A stretch of 64,000 bases of DNA from Candidatus Cryptobacteroides sp. (GTDB taxonomy: Bacteria; Bacteroidota; Bacteroidia; Bacteroidales; UBA932). The notes beneath the pieces were generated by a model, which saw only the letters and a program-made list of their open reading frames with translations, ran no database searches and was not told the origin of the DNA. The stretch lies in the NCBI GenBank assembly GCA_045599225.1, contig JAZRVN010000030.1, forward strand, positions 42,035-106,034, written 5' to 3'. Every line of letters begins with the position of its first letter. Positions within the stretch are counted from its first letter, which is position 1. Made by a program: the position numbers and the translations under genes. Below are positions 54,232-63,546 of this stretch, one piece after another.

Positions 54232-55149
54232 ATGAATACACTATTTAAAGCGCAAATTTCCTTGTTACCAAACGCAAGCGCGGATGATAGCGAAATAGAA
54301 AATATTTCCCTTGGTGCGGCTCTTGTTTCGCGCAAATGGAGGAAAAAAATTGAAGCCTTGAGGGCTGAAAAAGACCCGCAAAAGCGCCAGGCCCTTAAAG
54401 ATAATTTGCCTTGCATAACGCCAGGCGGAACGTTTGGGCACGTTTCCCGGGCCGGGCTAATCAATCCCAGCGGCTTTCTTTGTGCAGACCTTGACTATAA
54501 GCCGGAAAAGGGAATAAATACGGCCCTGGCGGGCTTTGACCTAAAGGCCGAAATATCCCGCTTGCCTTATGTCGCATATTGCGGCCACTCTTGCAGCGGT
54601 GCGGGCTACTTTCTTATTATTCCTATCAAAGACCCCGGCAAATACAAAGACTATTATAGAGCGCTGGCGGCGGACTTTGAGAAAGGCGGCTTAACCCTGG
54701 ACGCAGCTTGCAGCAATATAGCTTTCAAACGTTTTGTTTCGTATGATGATAACCCCTATATAAACACCGCGGCCCAGCCGTATGCATACACTTTGCCGGA
54801 ACGCGAACACACAACACGGGAAGCCCTGGGCCGGGAACTTGACGCAACCGAAACCGCCGCCAAAGTTGAGGCCGTTATTTCCGCTTGCGAACTCAACAAA
54901 TGGGATATAACGGAAAGTTACGCCGATTGGGTGCGTATCATTTCCGCCCTGGCCTCAACGTTTGGGGAAGCTGGCCGGGATTACGCGCACCGCATAAGCG
55001 CAATATATACGGGGTATGATTACCAGGAAACGGACAATAAATATAACGACCTATTGCGACACCGGGAATATAAAACCCAGATAGGAACTTTTTTCTATAT
55101 AGCCCGCCAGGAAATAGGCAAGCACGATTTTGATAATATTGTACTATGA
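54232..55149 (+). CDS. Primase-like protein (VirE/BT4734-like N-terminal domain + PriCT-like C-terminal domain)
   Basis: LPCITPGGTF..GFLCADLDYK at the N-terminus and ESYADWVRIISALASTFGEAGRDYAHRIS (PriCT-like) at the C-terminus. The assignment is from memory of these families. Confidence 0.55.
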   Translation: MNTLFKAQISLLPNASADDSEIENISLGAALVSRKWRKKIEALRAEKDPQKRQALKDNLPCITPGGTFGHVSRAGLINPSGFLCADLDYKPEKGINTALAGFDLKAEISRLPYVAYCGHSCSGAGYFLIIPIKDPGKYKDYYRALAADFEKGGLTLDAACSNIAFKRFVSYDDNPYINTAAQPYAYTLPEREHTTREALGRELDATETAAKVEAVISACELNKWDITESYADWVRIISALASTFGEAGRDYAHRISAIYTGYDYQETDNKYNDLLRHREYKTQIGTFFYIARQEIGKHDFDNIVL

Positions 55150-55424
55150 GCAACCGCAAGCGGCTAAATCTTTCTTTGTCCGAAACGGACTACAACGGAT
55201 TAAACGCACTTGCGGACAAAGGCGGCTTTAATGGCTCTTGCGCCCTTGTGTGTGCATTGATAGCGGCTTATATACAATATGCCGAAAAGCACAAAAAACG
55301 GGCTAAAAAACCGCTTACAATTGAGCAAGAAATAAAGGCAATGTTTGAGTATTATGAGGGCTGGGATACCAAAGAGGATAAAAAGACAATAGCAAATAAC
55401 AGCATAAGCAAGAAACAAAAGTAA
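55146..55424 (+). CDS. Ribbon-helix-helix-like small protein (MobC/CopG-like)
   Basis: KRLNLSLSETDYNGLNALADKGGF fits a beta-strand/helix/helix pattern. 92 aa. Confidence 0.45.
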   Translation: MSNRKRLNLSLSETDYNGLNALADKGGFNGSCALVCALIAAYIQYAEKHKKRAKKPLTIEQEIKAMFEYYEGWDTKEDKKTIANNSISKKQK

Positions 55425-55596
55425 TTGAGTATTATGAGAATAAGACAACCAACATAAACCCCGGGGGGCTTTTTTAAGAGGGGGTGTGCTTGATTGTACC
55501 CCGCCCCCACTCTCGCTTAAACGTAAGCAATTTTTTGAATTTTCGGAACTTTGGCAATTTTTGCCGTAAAAGATTGATTTTTAAGAGTTTTTTGAT

Positions 55597-55764
55597 ATGG
55601 AAAAGGATAAAGATATTAAATGTATTGCCTCCCGCGGCAATGAGCCCGGATTGTCTGGGGAAACACTAAAGCGCGCGGGGCTTACACCTATTGAACGCGC
55701 CCAGAAGCGCAAGCACGTTGATACAATTGCAGAAATGCGAAACAAAGCAAAGAAAAGTATTTAG
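55597..55764 (+). CDS. Small hypothetical protein (55 aa, basic)
   Basis: Hand translation gives MEKDKDIKCIASRGNEPGLSGETLKRAGLTPIERAQKRKHVDTIAEMRNKAKKSI. Its stop lies 2 nt before the next ATG. Confidence 0.35.
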   Translation: MEKDKDIKCIASRGNEPGLSGETLKRAGLTPIERAQKRKHVDTIAEMRNKAKKSI

Positions 55765-55766
55765 CT

Positions 55767-56660
55767 ATGAAACCAGAAAAGATTTTCACAAACGAAAAAT
55801 TGCGCCAGAGGCTTGAAAGAAGCTTGCAAGGCGCGGCGGATTACTTGACAAAAACCGGGCAATTAGTCAAGGGCATTTATCCCGGCGCGGTATGGTGCAC
55901 AAATTTTGCTTGGGCTCTTTCCCAGAACACAGCCTTAAAGGCGTATTTTTGCCAGCTTATCCGCGAAAACGAAGCAAAGCGCTTGCAGATATATTGCGGC
56001 TATGGGGAATATTCAACGCAAGAAAGCGGCTATTCGGATATTCTAACCGAAGAAATAAGGCTTAACCGCAAAATTGTGGAAATGAACAAAAGCGCAGAAA
56101 TAGCGGGCGTTATGGGCTTTACAATTTCCGGCGATATTGAGGCCCTTTTGCGTATAGGTGCGCTTTCTATTGGCCGGGATGGGGTAACAATCATTGCAGA
56201 CAAAGCAAAGGCCCTTATTGAGGATTTTTGCACGATTACCGCGGACAATGAGGCGGAAAAGGCTTTTATTGAAAAGCTTCAAGCAATGCAGACCGCCGCA
56301 ATAGCCCTGGAACAAGCCCGCAAGGACTTTTGCGAAACGATTACAAGCCCAGCGGGGAAAGAGGCCGCAGGGTTATGCAATTGGGCTTATTGTGCAAATA
56401 GCCTTTTCGTTTCAAACGGCCTGGCCCTTACCTCAAAGGGGATTATTTGGCGCGCTTTCGTTTCGTATTGCATCCCGGCCAGGAAAGCGGAAAGGCCGCA
56501 TTTTTACAACCGCGCGGGCATCCCGGAAATTGAGCTAAAATCATTGCTGGGGGATATGTCGCAAGCTGAATTTGCAAAGCTCTTTCCAAATGAGTGCAAC
56601 AAGGTGCGCTATCATTATGCAGAAAGGCCGTTTATTACCCCTTACCCGGAAATTGACTAA
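55767..56660 (+). CDS. Hypothetical protein (297 aa), no recognisable domain
   Basis: A long ORF in operon position. It lacks a relaxase His-triad, a Walker motif and an HTH that I can identify. Confidence 0.5.
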   Translation: MKPEKIFTNEKLRQRLERSLQGAADYLTKTGQLVKGIYPGAVWCTNFAWALSQNTALKAYFCQLIRENEAKRLQIYCGYGEYSTQESGYSDILTEEIRLNRKIVEMNKSAEIAGVMGFTISGDIEALLRIGALSIGRDGVTIIADKAKALIEDFCTITADNEAEKAFIEKLQAMQTAAIALEQARKDFCETITSPAGKEAAGLCNWAYCANSLFVSNGLALTSKGIIWRAFVSYCIPARKAERPHFYNRAGIPEIELKSLLGDMSQAEFAKLFPNECNKVRYHYAERPFITPYPEID

Positions 56661-56671
56661 ACGCCCGGCCT

Positions 56672-56968
56672 ATGATTAAGAAAGTATTTAATGAGGCTTT
56701 TGAGGCCGTAAGGGAAGAAATCTTTTTGCAGTTTAGCGCCTCCCAGAAATTTGACGCGGCAAAGATATTTGCAGTAAACAAAGCCGGGGACAAATGCCAG
56801 ATTGCAACAATACAGCGCGCGGGCAAATGCTATTTTAATTTTGATGAAAGGCCGGAGGGGATAATTACCAGGTTTGGGGGAACGGCCAAAATGGAAATAG
56901 ATTTTTTGCCTTATATTGAAATTGCCAGCATAAGCGCAGAACTAACAAGCAAAAACCAGGGATATTGA
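56672..56968 (+). CDS. Hypothetical protein (98 aa)
   Basis: The ORF follows the previous gene by 11 nt and is followed by a structured terminator. Confidence 0.45.
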   Translation: MIKKVFNEAFEAVREEIFLQFSASQKFDAAKIFAVNKAGDKCQIATIQRAGKCYFNFDERPEGIITRFGGTAKMEIDFLPYIEIASISAELTSKNQGY

Positions 56969-56992
56969 TATTATCCCGGTATCAATGAGAAA

Positions 56993-57047
56993 CCGCGCCA
57001 CAAATAAGGATTTGCAGCAAATCCCCTTTGCGGTGCGGCTTTCTTTT
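56993..57047 (+). terminator. Compound hairpin terminator at the end of the cargo operon
   Basis: Outer stem is CCGCGCCACAAA / TTTGCGGTGCGG. Inner hairpin is GGATTTG-cag-CAAATCC. CTTTCTTTTC follows. Confidence 0.55.
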
Positions 57048-57131
57048 CTAACAAGCTAATATTTTACGATTGCTGGCCTTAAATGATGTAATAGGGGCGG
57101 AAGATTAAAAATATTTATTACCTTTGCACAA

Positions 57132-57202
57132 AGCCGCGCGGATATGGAGAAATTTTGGCCTTGCCGAACTTGTTACACCCTCCAAATTTCCCGCGGTTTT
57201 TT
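57132..57202 (+). ncRNA. Candidate ~70 nt small RNA (or orphan promoter plus terminator) near the right end of the element
   Basis: A -7 box TACCTTTG lies at 57119-57126. Stem CCGCG(C)GG (57134-57141) pairs with CCCGCGG (57190-57196) and is followed by TTTTTT. An internal GGAGAAATTT/AAATTTCC pairing is possible. No convincing ORF is present. Confidence 0.25.
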
Positions 57203-57314
57203 GTACCTTTTGGCCCTATTTTGTCCCCGGTACAATTTTAATACAACGCAAATGATTGATACTAAAAGAAATAGCTTTTATTCAATGCATTTCCTCTTTA
57301 ATGTATAGCCGACT

Positions 57315-57348
57315 TTGCGCAATACGCGAGTCACTCGCGTCCGCGCAA
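57315..57348 (-). repeat. 34 bp palindromic repeat, copy 3
   Basis: The plus strand reads TTGCGCAATACGCGAGTCACTCGCGTCCGCGCAA. The folK stop codon TGA sits at the centre of the palindrome on the minus strand. Confidence 0.85.
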
Positions 57349-57783
57349 CTCCGACAAGAGGTCCTGCAAATAAGTTCGGGAATACACTCCCGGATGCGGG
57401 ATTTTCAAATCAGGGGCATCGACAACCATATTGCCGTAAAAAAGAATATCTATGTCAATGCAGCGGGAATGATAAATCCTGCCGCCGTCCTCCCCATACT
57501 CCGGACTATCCGTTCTTCCCAGCTGCCTTTCTATTTTCTTGCAGATTTCAAGCACTTCGTGCGGATGGCACCGTACGTTCCTATATTCGGCTATGCAATT
57601 GAGAAAATCCGGGCCAGTAAACCCAACTGCTTGATTTTCAATTATTTGCGAAACAACAACAGGCGTACCGAAGGCTTCTTCCAAAGCTTCCAGCGCCTTA
57701 TTTATATACTCTCCCCTATCCCCCAGATTACTTCCGAGAGCTAGGACAAGGGCGTCGTCGTTTCTAATCTTCGAGAGGGTCAT
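57331..57783 (-). CDS. folK: 2-amino-4-hydroxy-6-hydroxymethyldihydropteridine diphosphokinase (HPPK)
   Basis: LALGSNLGDR..IDIDILFYG..LKIPHP. Confidence 0.85.
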   Translation of the reverse strand: MTLSKIRNDDALVLALGSNLGDRGEYINKALEALEEAFGTPVVVSQIIENQAVGFTGPDFLNCIAEYRNVRCHPHEVLEICKKIERQLGRTDSPEYGEDGGRIYHSRCIDIDILFYGNMVVDAPDLKIPHPGVYSRTYLQDLLSELRGRE

Positions 57784-58120
57784 ATCCCAAAGCTATCCGA
57801 GCTTCGTCGCTCAAAAGACTCTGGTCCCAGGCAGGTTCAAAGACCAGCTCGATATTACAGGAGTTGATTCCGGGAGTTAGTTCAACGGCGTGTTTAACCT
57901 CGGCCATCACTTCGTCTGCCATAGGACAGTTCGGGGCGGTGAAAGTCATTTTTATGTAAACGTCCCGGCTCTTATCTATCTTTAACTCATAGATAAGGCC
58001 CAAGTCATATATGTTCACCGGAATTTCGGGGTCATAAACCTGCTTCAGAGCTAAAACCACCGCGTCGTAGAGAGGAGAAAGCTCTTTTACATCTTCGGGT
58101 GTAAGGACATCATTGTTCAT
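57764..58120 (-). CDS. DUF59/MIP18-family Fe-S assembly protein (SufT-like)
   Basis: VYDPEIPVNIYDLGLIY..TFTAPNCPMAD. Confidence 0.8.
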   Translation of the reverse strand: MNNDVLTPEDVKELSPLYDAVVLALKQVYDPEIPVNIYDLGLIYELKIDKSRDVYIKMTFTAPNCPMADEVMAEVKHAVELTPGINSCNIELVFEPAWDQSLLSDEARIALGYDPLED

Positions 58121-58526
58121 CGCCGGCTGTTTTTTTAATAGTAGCTATCATCGATACCAGGCCGTTGGCCCTTGTAGGAGAAAGATTCTCCCTAAGCCCG
58201 AGTTCTTCTACGAAGGCAAAATCGTCGGAAGAAATCTCCTGCGGAGTCCTTCCCGAATAAACGCCTATAAGCAGCGATATTATGCCCTTGGTTATTATGG
58301 CGTCGCTGTCGGCCGAGAACCATAACCGCCCGTCCTGTTTTTCACAATGGAGCCATACCCTTGACTGACAGCCCTTTATAAGCCTGTCATCGGTTTTGTA
58401 CTCCTCCGGGAAAGGAGCAAGGTTCTTTCCCAATTCTATAAGATATTCGTATTTGTCCAGCCACTGGTCATACATCGAAAAATCTTCCAGTACTCTGGCT
58501 TTAGCTTCCTGTAAACTCAACATCAC
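58110..58526 (-). CDS. sufE: SufE-family sulfur acceptor
   Basis: DKYEYLIELGKNL..LIKGCQSRVWL (conserved Cys context). Confidence 0.85.
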   Translation of the reverse strand: MMLSLQEAKARVLEDFSMYDQWLDKYEYLIELGKNLAPFPEEYKTDDRLIKGCQSRVWLHCEKQDGRLWFSADSDAIITKGIISLLIGVYSGRTPQEISSDDFAFVEELGLRENLSPTRANGLVSMIATIKKTAGDEQ

Positions 58527-59746
58527 CTTAATATATCTATGGCCCTGTGGAGCGAATTAATAAAATACTGCGCCTCTTCAATCGTATTGTACGCGGCAAA
58601 TGACGCCCTTAGCATACCGGTTACTCCGCAGGAATCCATAAGAGGTTCGGCGCACAACTGCCCCGATCTCAAGGCAATTCCCATTTTGTCCATTATGAGG
58701 GCGAGATCTTCGTGATGTACTCCTTCAACCGATATGGAGAACAGCGGAATCTTTTCCTCCCTGTTCGCAGGGTTTCCGAAAAGCCTTATTCCCTTATCTT
58801 TTACGAATTCGCCGAGGATATAGTCCACTACTCCCCTTTCGTTGTCGAAAACCTGTTTGCACCGCATTGCAATGGCCATTTCTATAGCAGGAATAAAGGT
58901 GGGTATTCCGGCCAGGTTTGGAGTGCCGGCCTCGAACTTATAAGGGAGTCCCGCATAGGTGGTACCCTCCCATTTAACGTTCTCTATCATTTCTCCCCCA
59001 CCCATATACGGAGGTAATTCATTCAGCAGTTTCTCCTTCCCGTATAAGACTCCTGTGCCCGGGGCGGCATATATCTTATGACCGGAAAATGCATAGAAAT
59101 CACAGTCCAGGGCCTTGACGTTTACGTTACAGTGAACTATCCCCTGTGCTCCGTCCACTGCCAGCAGAACTCCGTTCCTGTGGCAAATGTCTGCAATTTC
59201 CCCGATTGGATTAACTATTCCAAGAACATTGGATATATGGGCTACGCTTACGATTCTTGTACGCGGAGTTATGAGAGATTGCAAACTGTTTATGCACAAC
59301 TCTCCCCTCTCGTTCACCGGAAGCACCTTTAGTTTTGCTCCACGCCTCTGACACATCATCTGCCAGGGAACTATATTGGCGTGATGCTCTGCGGCAGAAA
59401 CTATTATTTCATCGCCCTGGTGTATGAAGGCCTCCCCAATACAGAAAGCAAGCAGATTGAGAGAAGCGGTGGCTCCGGAAGTGAATATTACTTCTTTGGT
59501 GCTTTCAGCGCCTATAAAGTTCCTTACGCATTCTCTTGCAGCCTCAACTTCTGCCGTCGCCAGTGCGGCTGTCGTGTGAACCGCCCTGTATATATTGGAA
59601 TTCTTGTTTACAACAATATCATTCCACTTTTCGATCACGGAACGGGGACGCATTGCGGTAGCCGCGTTGTCGAGATAGACAAGCGGACGTCCGTTTACAG
59701 ATGCACGAAGAGACGGAAATTCCTGCCTTAGTTCTTCAATAGTCAT
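58523..59746 (-). CDS. sufS: Cysteine desulfurase, SufS type (class V aminotransferase)
   Basis: FPSL..YLDNAATA..FSGHKIYAPTG-like (FSGHKIYAAPGTGVLYGK)..RSGQLCAEP. I placed the start at MTIEELRQEF. Confidence 0.9.
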   Translation of the reverse strand: MTIEELRQEFPSLRASVNGRPLVYLDNAATAMRPRSVIEKWNDIVVNKNSNIYRAVHTTAALATAEVEAARECVRNFIGAESTKEVIFTSGATASLNLLAFCIGEAFIHQGDEIIVSAAEHHANIVPWQMMCQRRGAKLKVLPVNERGELCINSLQSLITPRTRIVSVAHISNVLGIVNPIGEIADICHRNGVLLAVDGAQGIVHCNVNVKALDCDFYAFSGHKIYAAPGTGVLYGKEKLLNELPPYMGGGEMIENVKWEGTTYAGLPYKFEAGTPNLAGIPTFIPAIEMAIAMRCKQVFDNERGVVDYILGEFVKDKGIRLFGNPANREEKIPLFSISVEGVHHEDLALIMDKMGIALRSGQLCAEPLMDSCGVTGMLRASFAAYNTIEEAQYFINSLHRAIDILR

Positions 59747-59797
59747 TTTACCGTATAAGGAACACAAAATTAACAAATTCTATGTATTTTTGCGAAT

Positions 59798-60394
59798 ATG
59801 ATTGACTATATAAAAGGAAAAATAACCGAACTGACTCCGACACAGGTTGTAGTTGAGAGCGGGGGAGTAGGCTATATAAGCGAAATCTCCCTTCAAAGTT
59901 ATCAGGGATTCGAAGGAAAACAAGAATCTGTCGTATTTATCCAGACTCAGGTGAACACAAGAGACGGGAGTTCTGTCGATTACGGATTTTCAAGCAAAGA
60001 CGAGAGGGAACTTTTCCGTCTAATAACCGGAGTCAGCGGTATGGGTGCAGCTTCGGCAAGAATGATGCTGTCGTCTATGTCATCCGACGAAATCAGAGAG
60101 GCAATCCTGGCCGAGGACGTGGTTAAAATCAAAAGCATAAAAGGACTTGGAATAAAAACCGCGCAGCGCCTGATTCTCGAATTAAAAGACAAGCTCATAA
60201 AAGGGGAGGGGACAGACTCCGGCTCGGTTCTGTTTGCAAGCGAAAGGAACGCTGTGGTAGAAGAAGCCTCCTCTGCGCTTCAAATGCTTGGATTCAACAA
60301 GGCTGCCATTAGCAAGGTTCTGCAGAAAATTATTAAAGACAACCCCGAAGCAAAGGTTGAGCAGCTTATAAAAACTGCCCTGCAAACGCTCTAA
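59798..60394 (+). CDS. ruvA: Holliday junction branch-migration protein RuvA
   Basis: [38 protein letters not shown]. Confidence 0.93.
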   Translation: MIDYIKGKITELTPTQVVVESGGVGYISEISLQSYQGFEGKQESVVFIQTQVNTRDGSSVDYGFSSKDERELFRLITGVSGMGAASARMMLSSMSSDEIREAILAEDVVKIKSIKGLGIKTAQRLILELKDKLIKGEGTDSGSVLFASERNAVVEEASSALQMLGFNKAAISKVLQKIIKDNPEAKVEQLIKTALQTL

Positions 60395-62277
60395 CGGCCA
60401 AAATAAACCAACAGGACTGAAATATCGGCAGGGGAGACCCCTGAAATTCTTGAAGCCTGGGCTATAGTCCCGGGCTTGTATTTTTTAAATTTCTGACGGC
60501 ACTCTATTGTAAGGCCCTGAATTCTGTCAAAGTCGAAATCCCCTGGTATTTTGAGTTCTTCCAGCCTTCTTATCTTTTCTGCCAGCTGACGCTCCCTTTC
60601 AATATACCCGCTATATCTGAGGTCAATTTCTACCGACTCTACAACTTTATCTTCTATAGGCAAAGAGACATTGTAATTTTCGAATGTTCCACGTGGAACA
60701 ATTTGAAGAAGGGCTTGAAGGGAAACTTCAGGCCTAAGGGCAACTTCCGCGATTTTCTTTGAGTCTGTCAATGGCGCCGATTCCGCATCCTGAAGGTATG
60801 AATTAACATTTTTTGCTGTCAGATTTGTGTTTTCACACAATTCCTTAAGCCGTTGCGCCTGTTTGTATTTCTGCTCTGTTATCGCTAACCTTTCTTCTGT
60901 TGCAAGACCTGTTCTGAAGGATTTTTCGGTTAACCGAAGGTCGGCATTGTCCTGCCTGAGAAGTATCCGGTACTCTGCGCGGGAAGTGAACATTCTGTAG
61001 GGTTCATCCACCCCCTTGGTAATAAGATCGTCTATGAGGACTCCAATATAAGCCTCATCCCTGTTCAAAATAAACGGCTCTTTCCCTTGTATTGCAAGAT
61101 GGGCGTTTATTCCGGCCACTATTCCCTGCGCCGCGGCTTCTTCGTACCCGGTTGTGCCGTTCACCTGCCCGGCCATAAACAGCCCGTCAATATCCTTCAA
61201 TTCAAGGCTTTGCTTCAGCTGAGACGGGTCAAAATAATCATACTCAACAGCATAGGCAGGCTTGAACATCTTGGCGTTTTCCAAGCCGACAATAGAATGA
61301 AGAGCCTCCAGTTGAGTCTTGAGGGGTAGGGAAGAAGAGAACCCCTGGAGATAGTATTCCGTTGTATCCTTTCCTTCCGGTTCCAGAAAAAGCTGGTGAG
61401 AATCCTTATCCGGGAACACCCGCAGTTTGTCCTCTATGCTGGGGCAATATCTGGGGCCCTTCCCCGAAATCATTCCGGTAAACAGGGGAGAGTCTTCAAA
61501 CCCGGTCCTCAACACTTCGTGAACCTTTTCATTTGTGTGAAGTATATAGCAGGGCATCTGAGGCCTTCCTTCCTGAACCGAAGAAGGTGTTGGAAGAAAA
61601 GAGAAACGTTCCGGATTTTCATCTCCATATTGTTTTATAAGTCTCTCTGTATCAACTGATGATATATCTATTCGCGGAGGAGTGCCCGTTTTCATCCTTC
61701 CGGTGAGGATTCCCATACTTTTAAGTTGTTCGGTGAGTCCGTAGGACGACAGTTCCCCTATCCTTCCCCCTTCGAAGCAGGTTCTTCCGATGAAGAGTTT
61801 TCCGCCAAGGAAAGTTCCTGCACTCAGTATTACCGCACCGGCTTCAAACTCGGCTCCCGTAAGGGTTCTTACTCCCGTTACCCTGTTGCCCTCAAATATG
61901 AACTGAGTTGCTGAGTCGGCATAGATATCCACGTTCGGATTCTTTTCAAGAATTTTTCTCCATACCTGAGAGAACTTCACTTTGTCGCATTGAGCGCGCG
62001 GGCTCCACATTGCCGGTCCCTTGCTGCGATTAAGCATCCGGAATTGCAGGGTACAGGCATCAGTGACCAGTCCCATCCATCCTCCAAGAGCATCTATCTC
62101 CCTGACAATCTGCCCTTTAGCTATTCCTCCGACAGCAGGATTACAGGACATTCGGGCAAACCCTCTCAAATCCATTGATATGAGCAGGACTCTGCTTCCC
62201 ATAGTCGCTGCGGCCATTGCCGCCTCGCACCCGGCGTGTCCGCCTCCGATTACAATGACATCGTATTTCTGCTGCAT
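60391..62277 (-). CDS. mnmG: tRNA uridine-5-carboxymethylaminomethyl synthesis enzyme MnmG (GidA)
   Basis: [35 protein letters not shown], 628 aa. Confidence 0.96.
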   Translation of the reverse strand: MQQKYDVIVIGGGHAGCEAAMAAATMGSRVLLISMDLRGFARMSCNPAVGGIAKGQIVREIDALGGWMGLVTDACTLQFRMLNRSKGPAMWSPRAQCDKVKFSQVWRKILEKNPNVDIYADSATQFIFEGNRVTGVRTLTGAEFEAGAVILSAGTFLGGKLFIGRTCFEGGRIGELSSYGLTEQLKSMGILTGRMKTGTPPRIDISSVDTERLIKQYGDENPERFSFLPTPSSVQEGRPQMPCYILHTNEKVHEVLRTGFEDSPLFTGMISGKGPRYCPSIEDKLRVFPDKDSHQLFLEPEGKDTTEYYLQGFSSSLPLKTQLEALHSIVGLENAKMFKPAYAVEYDYFDPSQLKQSLELKDIDGLFMAGQVNGTTGYEEAAAQGIVAGINAHLAIQGKEPFILNRDEAYIGVLIDDLITKGVDEPYRMFTSRAEYRILLRQDNADLRLTEKSFRTGLATEERLAITEQKYKQAQRLKELCENTNLTAKNVNSYLQDAESAPLTDSKKIAEVALRPEVSLQALLQIVPRGTFENYNVSLPIEDKVVESVEIDLRYSGYIERERQLAEKIRRLEELKIPGDFDFDRIQGLTIECRQKFKKYKPGTIAQASRISGVSPADISVLLVYFGR

Positions 62278-62675
62278 AGATATTCGTTTTCCTTTGCCCT
62301 CATCTGCTTTTGGTCTTTTCGGGTATGGTCGTCATACCCTATGAGGTGAAGCAGTCCGTGCACTATTACGCGGTGCAGTTCTTCATCGAAACTGCTTCCG
62401 TAATGCCCGGCATTGTCCCTGACGCTGTCCACACTTATCAGCAGATCTCCGCTAAGGACATTTCCTTCGCAATAGTCGAAGGTTATTATGTCGGTGTAAT
62501 AACTGTGATTGAGAAACTGACGGTTAATCTGAAGAAGATAGTCGTCGGAGCAGAAAACAACAGCTATCTGACCTATTTTCTTTCCTTCGTTTGCGGCAAC
62601 GCTTTTAAGCCATCTGTTGTTTAACCTCCGCTCTTTGAACACGAAAGATGTATCCTGCCTGTCGTACCTTATCAT
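62250..62675 (-). CDS. ybeY: rRNA maturation RNase YbeY
   Basis: Zinc motif [13 protein letters not shown] placed the start at MIRYDRQD (62675) rather than the longer ORF-track start. Confidence 0.88.
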   Translation of the reverse strand: MIRYDRQDTSFVFKERRLNNRWLKSVAANEGKKIGQIAVVFCSDDYLLQINRQFLNHSYYTDIITFDYCEGNVLSGDLLISVDSVRDNAGHYGSSFDEELHRVIVHGLLHLIGYDDHTRKDQKQMRAKENEYLCSRNTMSL

Positions 62676-62789
62676 TTTTCCTGAATTCCCGATTTTATGC
62701 AAAATTACAACTAATAAATCAAAAAATTGGATTTTGTAATTATTCTTTCTATCTTTGAGACTCGAATAGACTAATAAATAAACCACAAT

Positions 62790-63485
62790 ATGGAAATTAA
62801 GAAATCAGAAAAAGCGAACCTGGAGAACAGGCGGCTCCTATTCACGGAAATAGGTTTCGTTATTGCTCTTCTCATAGTGTTCGGTGCTTTTGAGTACACC
62901 AGCCGCGACAAAAAGGAGTCCACAATGCAGGCAGAAGCGGTTGCAGTTGAAGAGGAGGAAATGATTCCCATCACTCAGGAAACCCCTCCACCTCCTCCGG
63001 AAGTTCCCGACATTCCCCTTTTGTCAGACCAGATTGATATTGTTGACGACAACATTAAGGTCGACGACAATATCCTGAACCTCGAAGATGATGCAAATCT
63101 CGGTGTAGAACTTAAGGACTATATTGCAGGCGATATCGACGATGAAGAAGTGGAAGAGGCCGACGTACCTTTCGCCATTGTAGAGGAAAAGCCTAAGTTT
63201 ATGGGCAAGGATCCTACCGTCGCTTTCTCAAAATGGGTTGGAGAGCATCTCAACTATCCCGAGACTGCCCGTGAAAACGGTGTTCAGGGACGTGTAATTC
63301 TTCAGTTCACAGTAGGTAAGGACGGGCAAATCGGTAAAATCAAGGTTCTTCGCGGCGTCGATCCCCTCTTGGACAAGGAAGCTGTACGCGTTGTAGGTAC
63401 ATCTCCCAAGTGGACGCCCGGAAAGCAGCGCGACCGTACCGTTCCGGTAACATACACCTTCCCCGTTATCTTCCAGTTGAGATAA
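62790..63485 (+). CDS. TonB-family energy transducer
   Basis: An N-terminal TM segment, a Pro-rich linker (PPPPPEVPDIP), and a C-terminal TonB domain (ARENGVQGRVILQFTVGKDGQI). A -7 box TATCTTTG lies upstream. Confidence 0.88.
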   Translation: MEIKKSEKANLENRRLLFTEIGFVIALLIVFGAFEYTSRDKKESTMQAEAVAVEEEEMIPITQETPPPPPEVPDIPLLSDQIDIVDDNIKVDDNILNLEDDANLGVELKDYIAGDIDDEEVEEADVPFAIVEEKPKFMGKDPTVAFSKWVGEHLNYPETARENGVQGRVILQFTVGKDGQIGKIKVLRGVDPLLDKEAVRVVGTSPKWTPGKQRDRTVPVTYTFPVIFQLR

Positions 63486-63502
63486 TCAAATAAAATAATA
63501 AC

Positions 63503-63540
63503 AGAGGCCGACGGAGTAAATCCTTGTCGGTCTCTTTTTT
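63503..63540 (+). terminator. tonB-family gene terminator
   Basis: A 10 bp stem AGAGGCCGAC / GTCGGTCTCT followed by TTTTTT. Confidence 0.7.
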
Positions 63541-63546
63541 ACGCAA

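Larger units (their letters stand above)
50131..57303 (+). mobile_element. ~7.2 kb integrative element (integrase + AlpA/Xis-like HTH + RepA-like ATPase + primase-like protein + unknown cargo; no relaxase, no virion genes)
   Basis: It lies between the ychF terminator and the folK 3' end. A tentative imperfect direct repeat is TTTC-TCTTTATTG (50131-50143) / TTTCCTCTTTAATG (57290-57303). TTTGTCCCC(C)G motifs lie near both ends. All genes are co-oriented. Confidence 0.65.

Noticed and set aside
55767-56660. The 297-aa protein as a Mob relaxase, which would make the element NBU-like
   Set aside because: I find no HxDxxxHxH-type His cluster and no N-terminal catalytic Tyr context resembling MobA/MobB/MobN relaxases. 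Only profile searches can settle this.
50250-57000. A uniform base-composition shift as proof of foreign origin of the element
   Set aside because: Hand counts of individual 60 nt lines range from about 37% to about 67% GC inside the element. It is heterogeneous rather than uniformly different, so I do not use composition as primary evidence here.
57256-57744. 162-aa plus-strand ORF
   Set aside because: It is antisense to folK, whose HPPK motifs are clear. It starts in the non-coding right end of the element.
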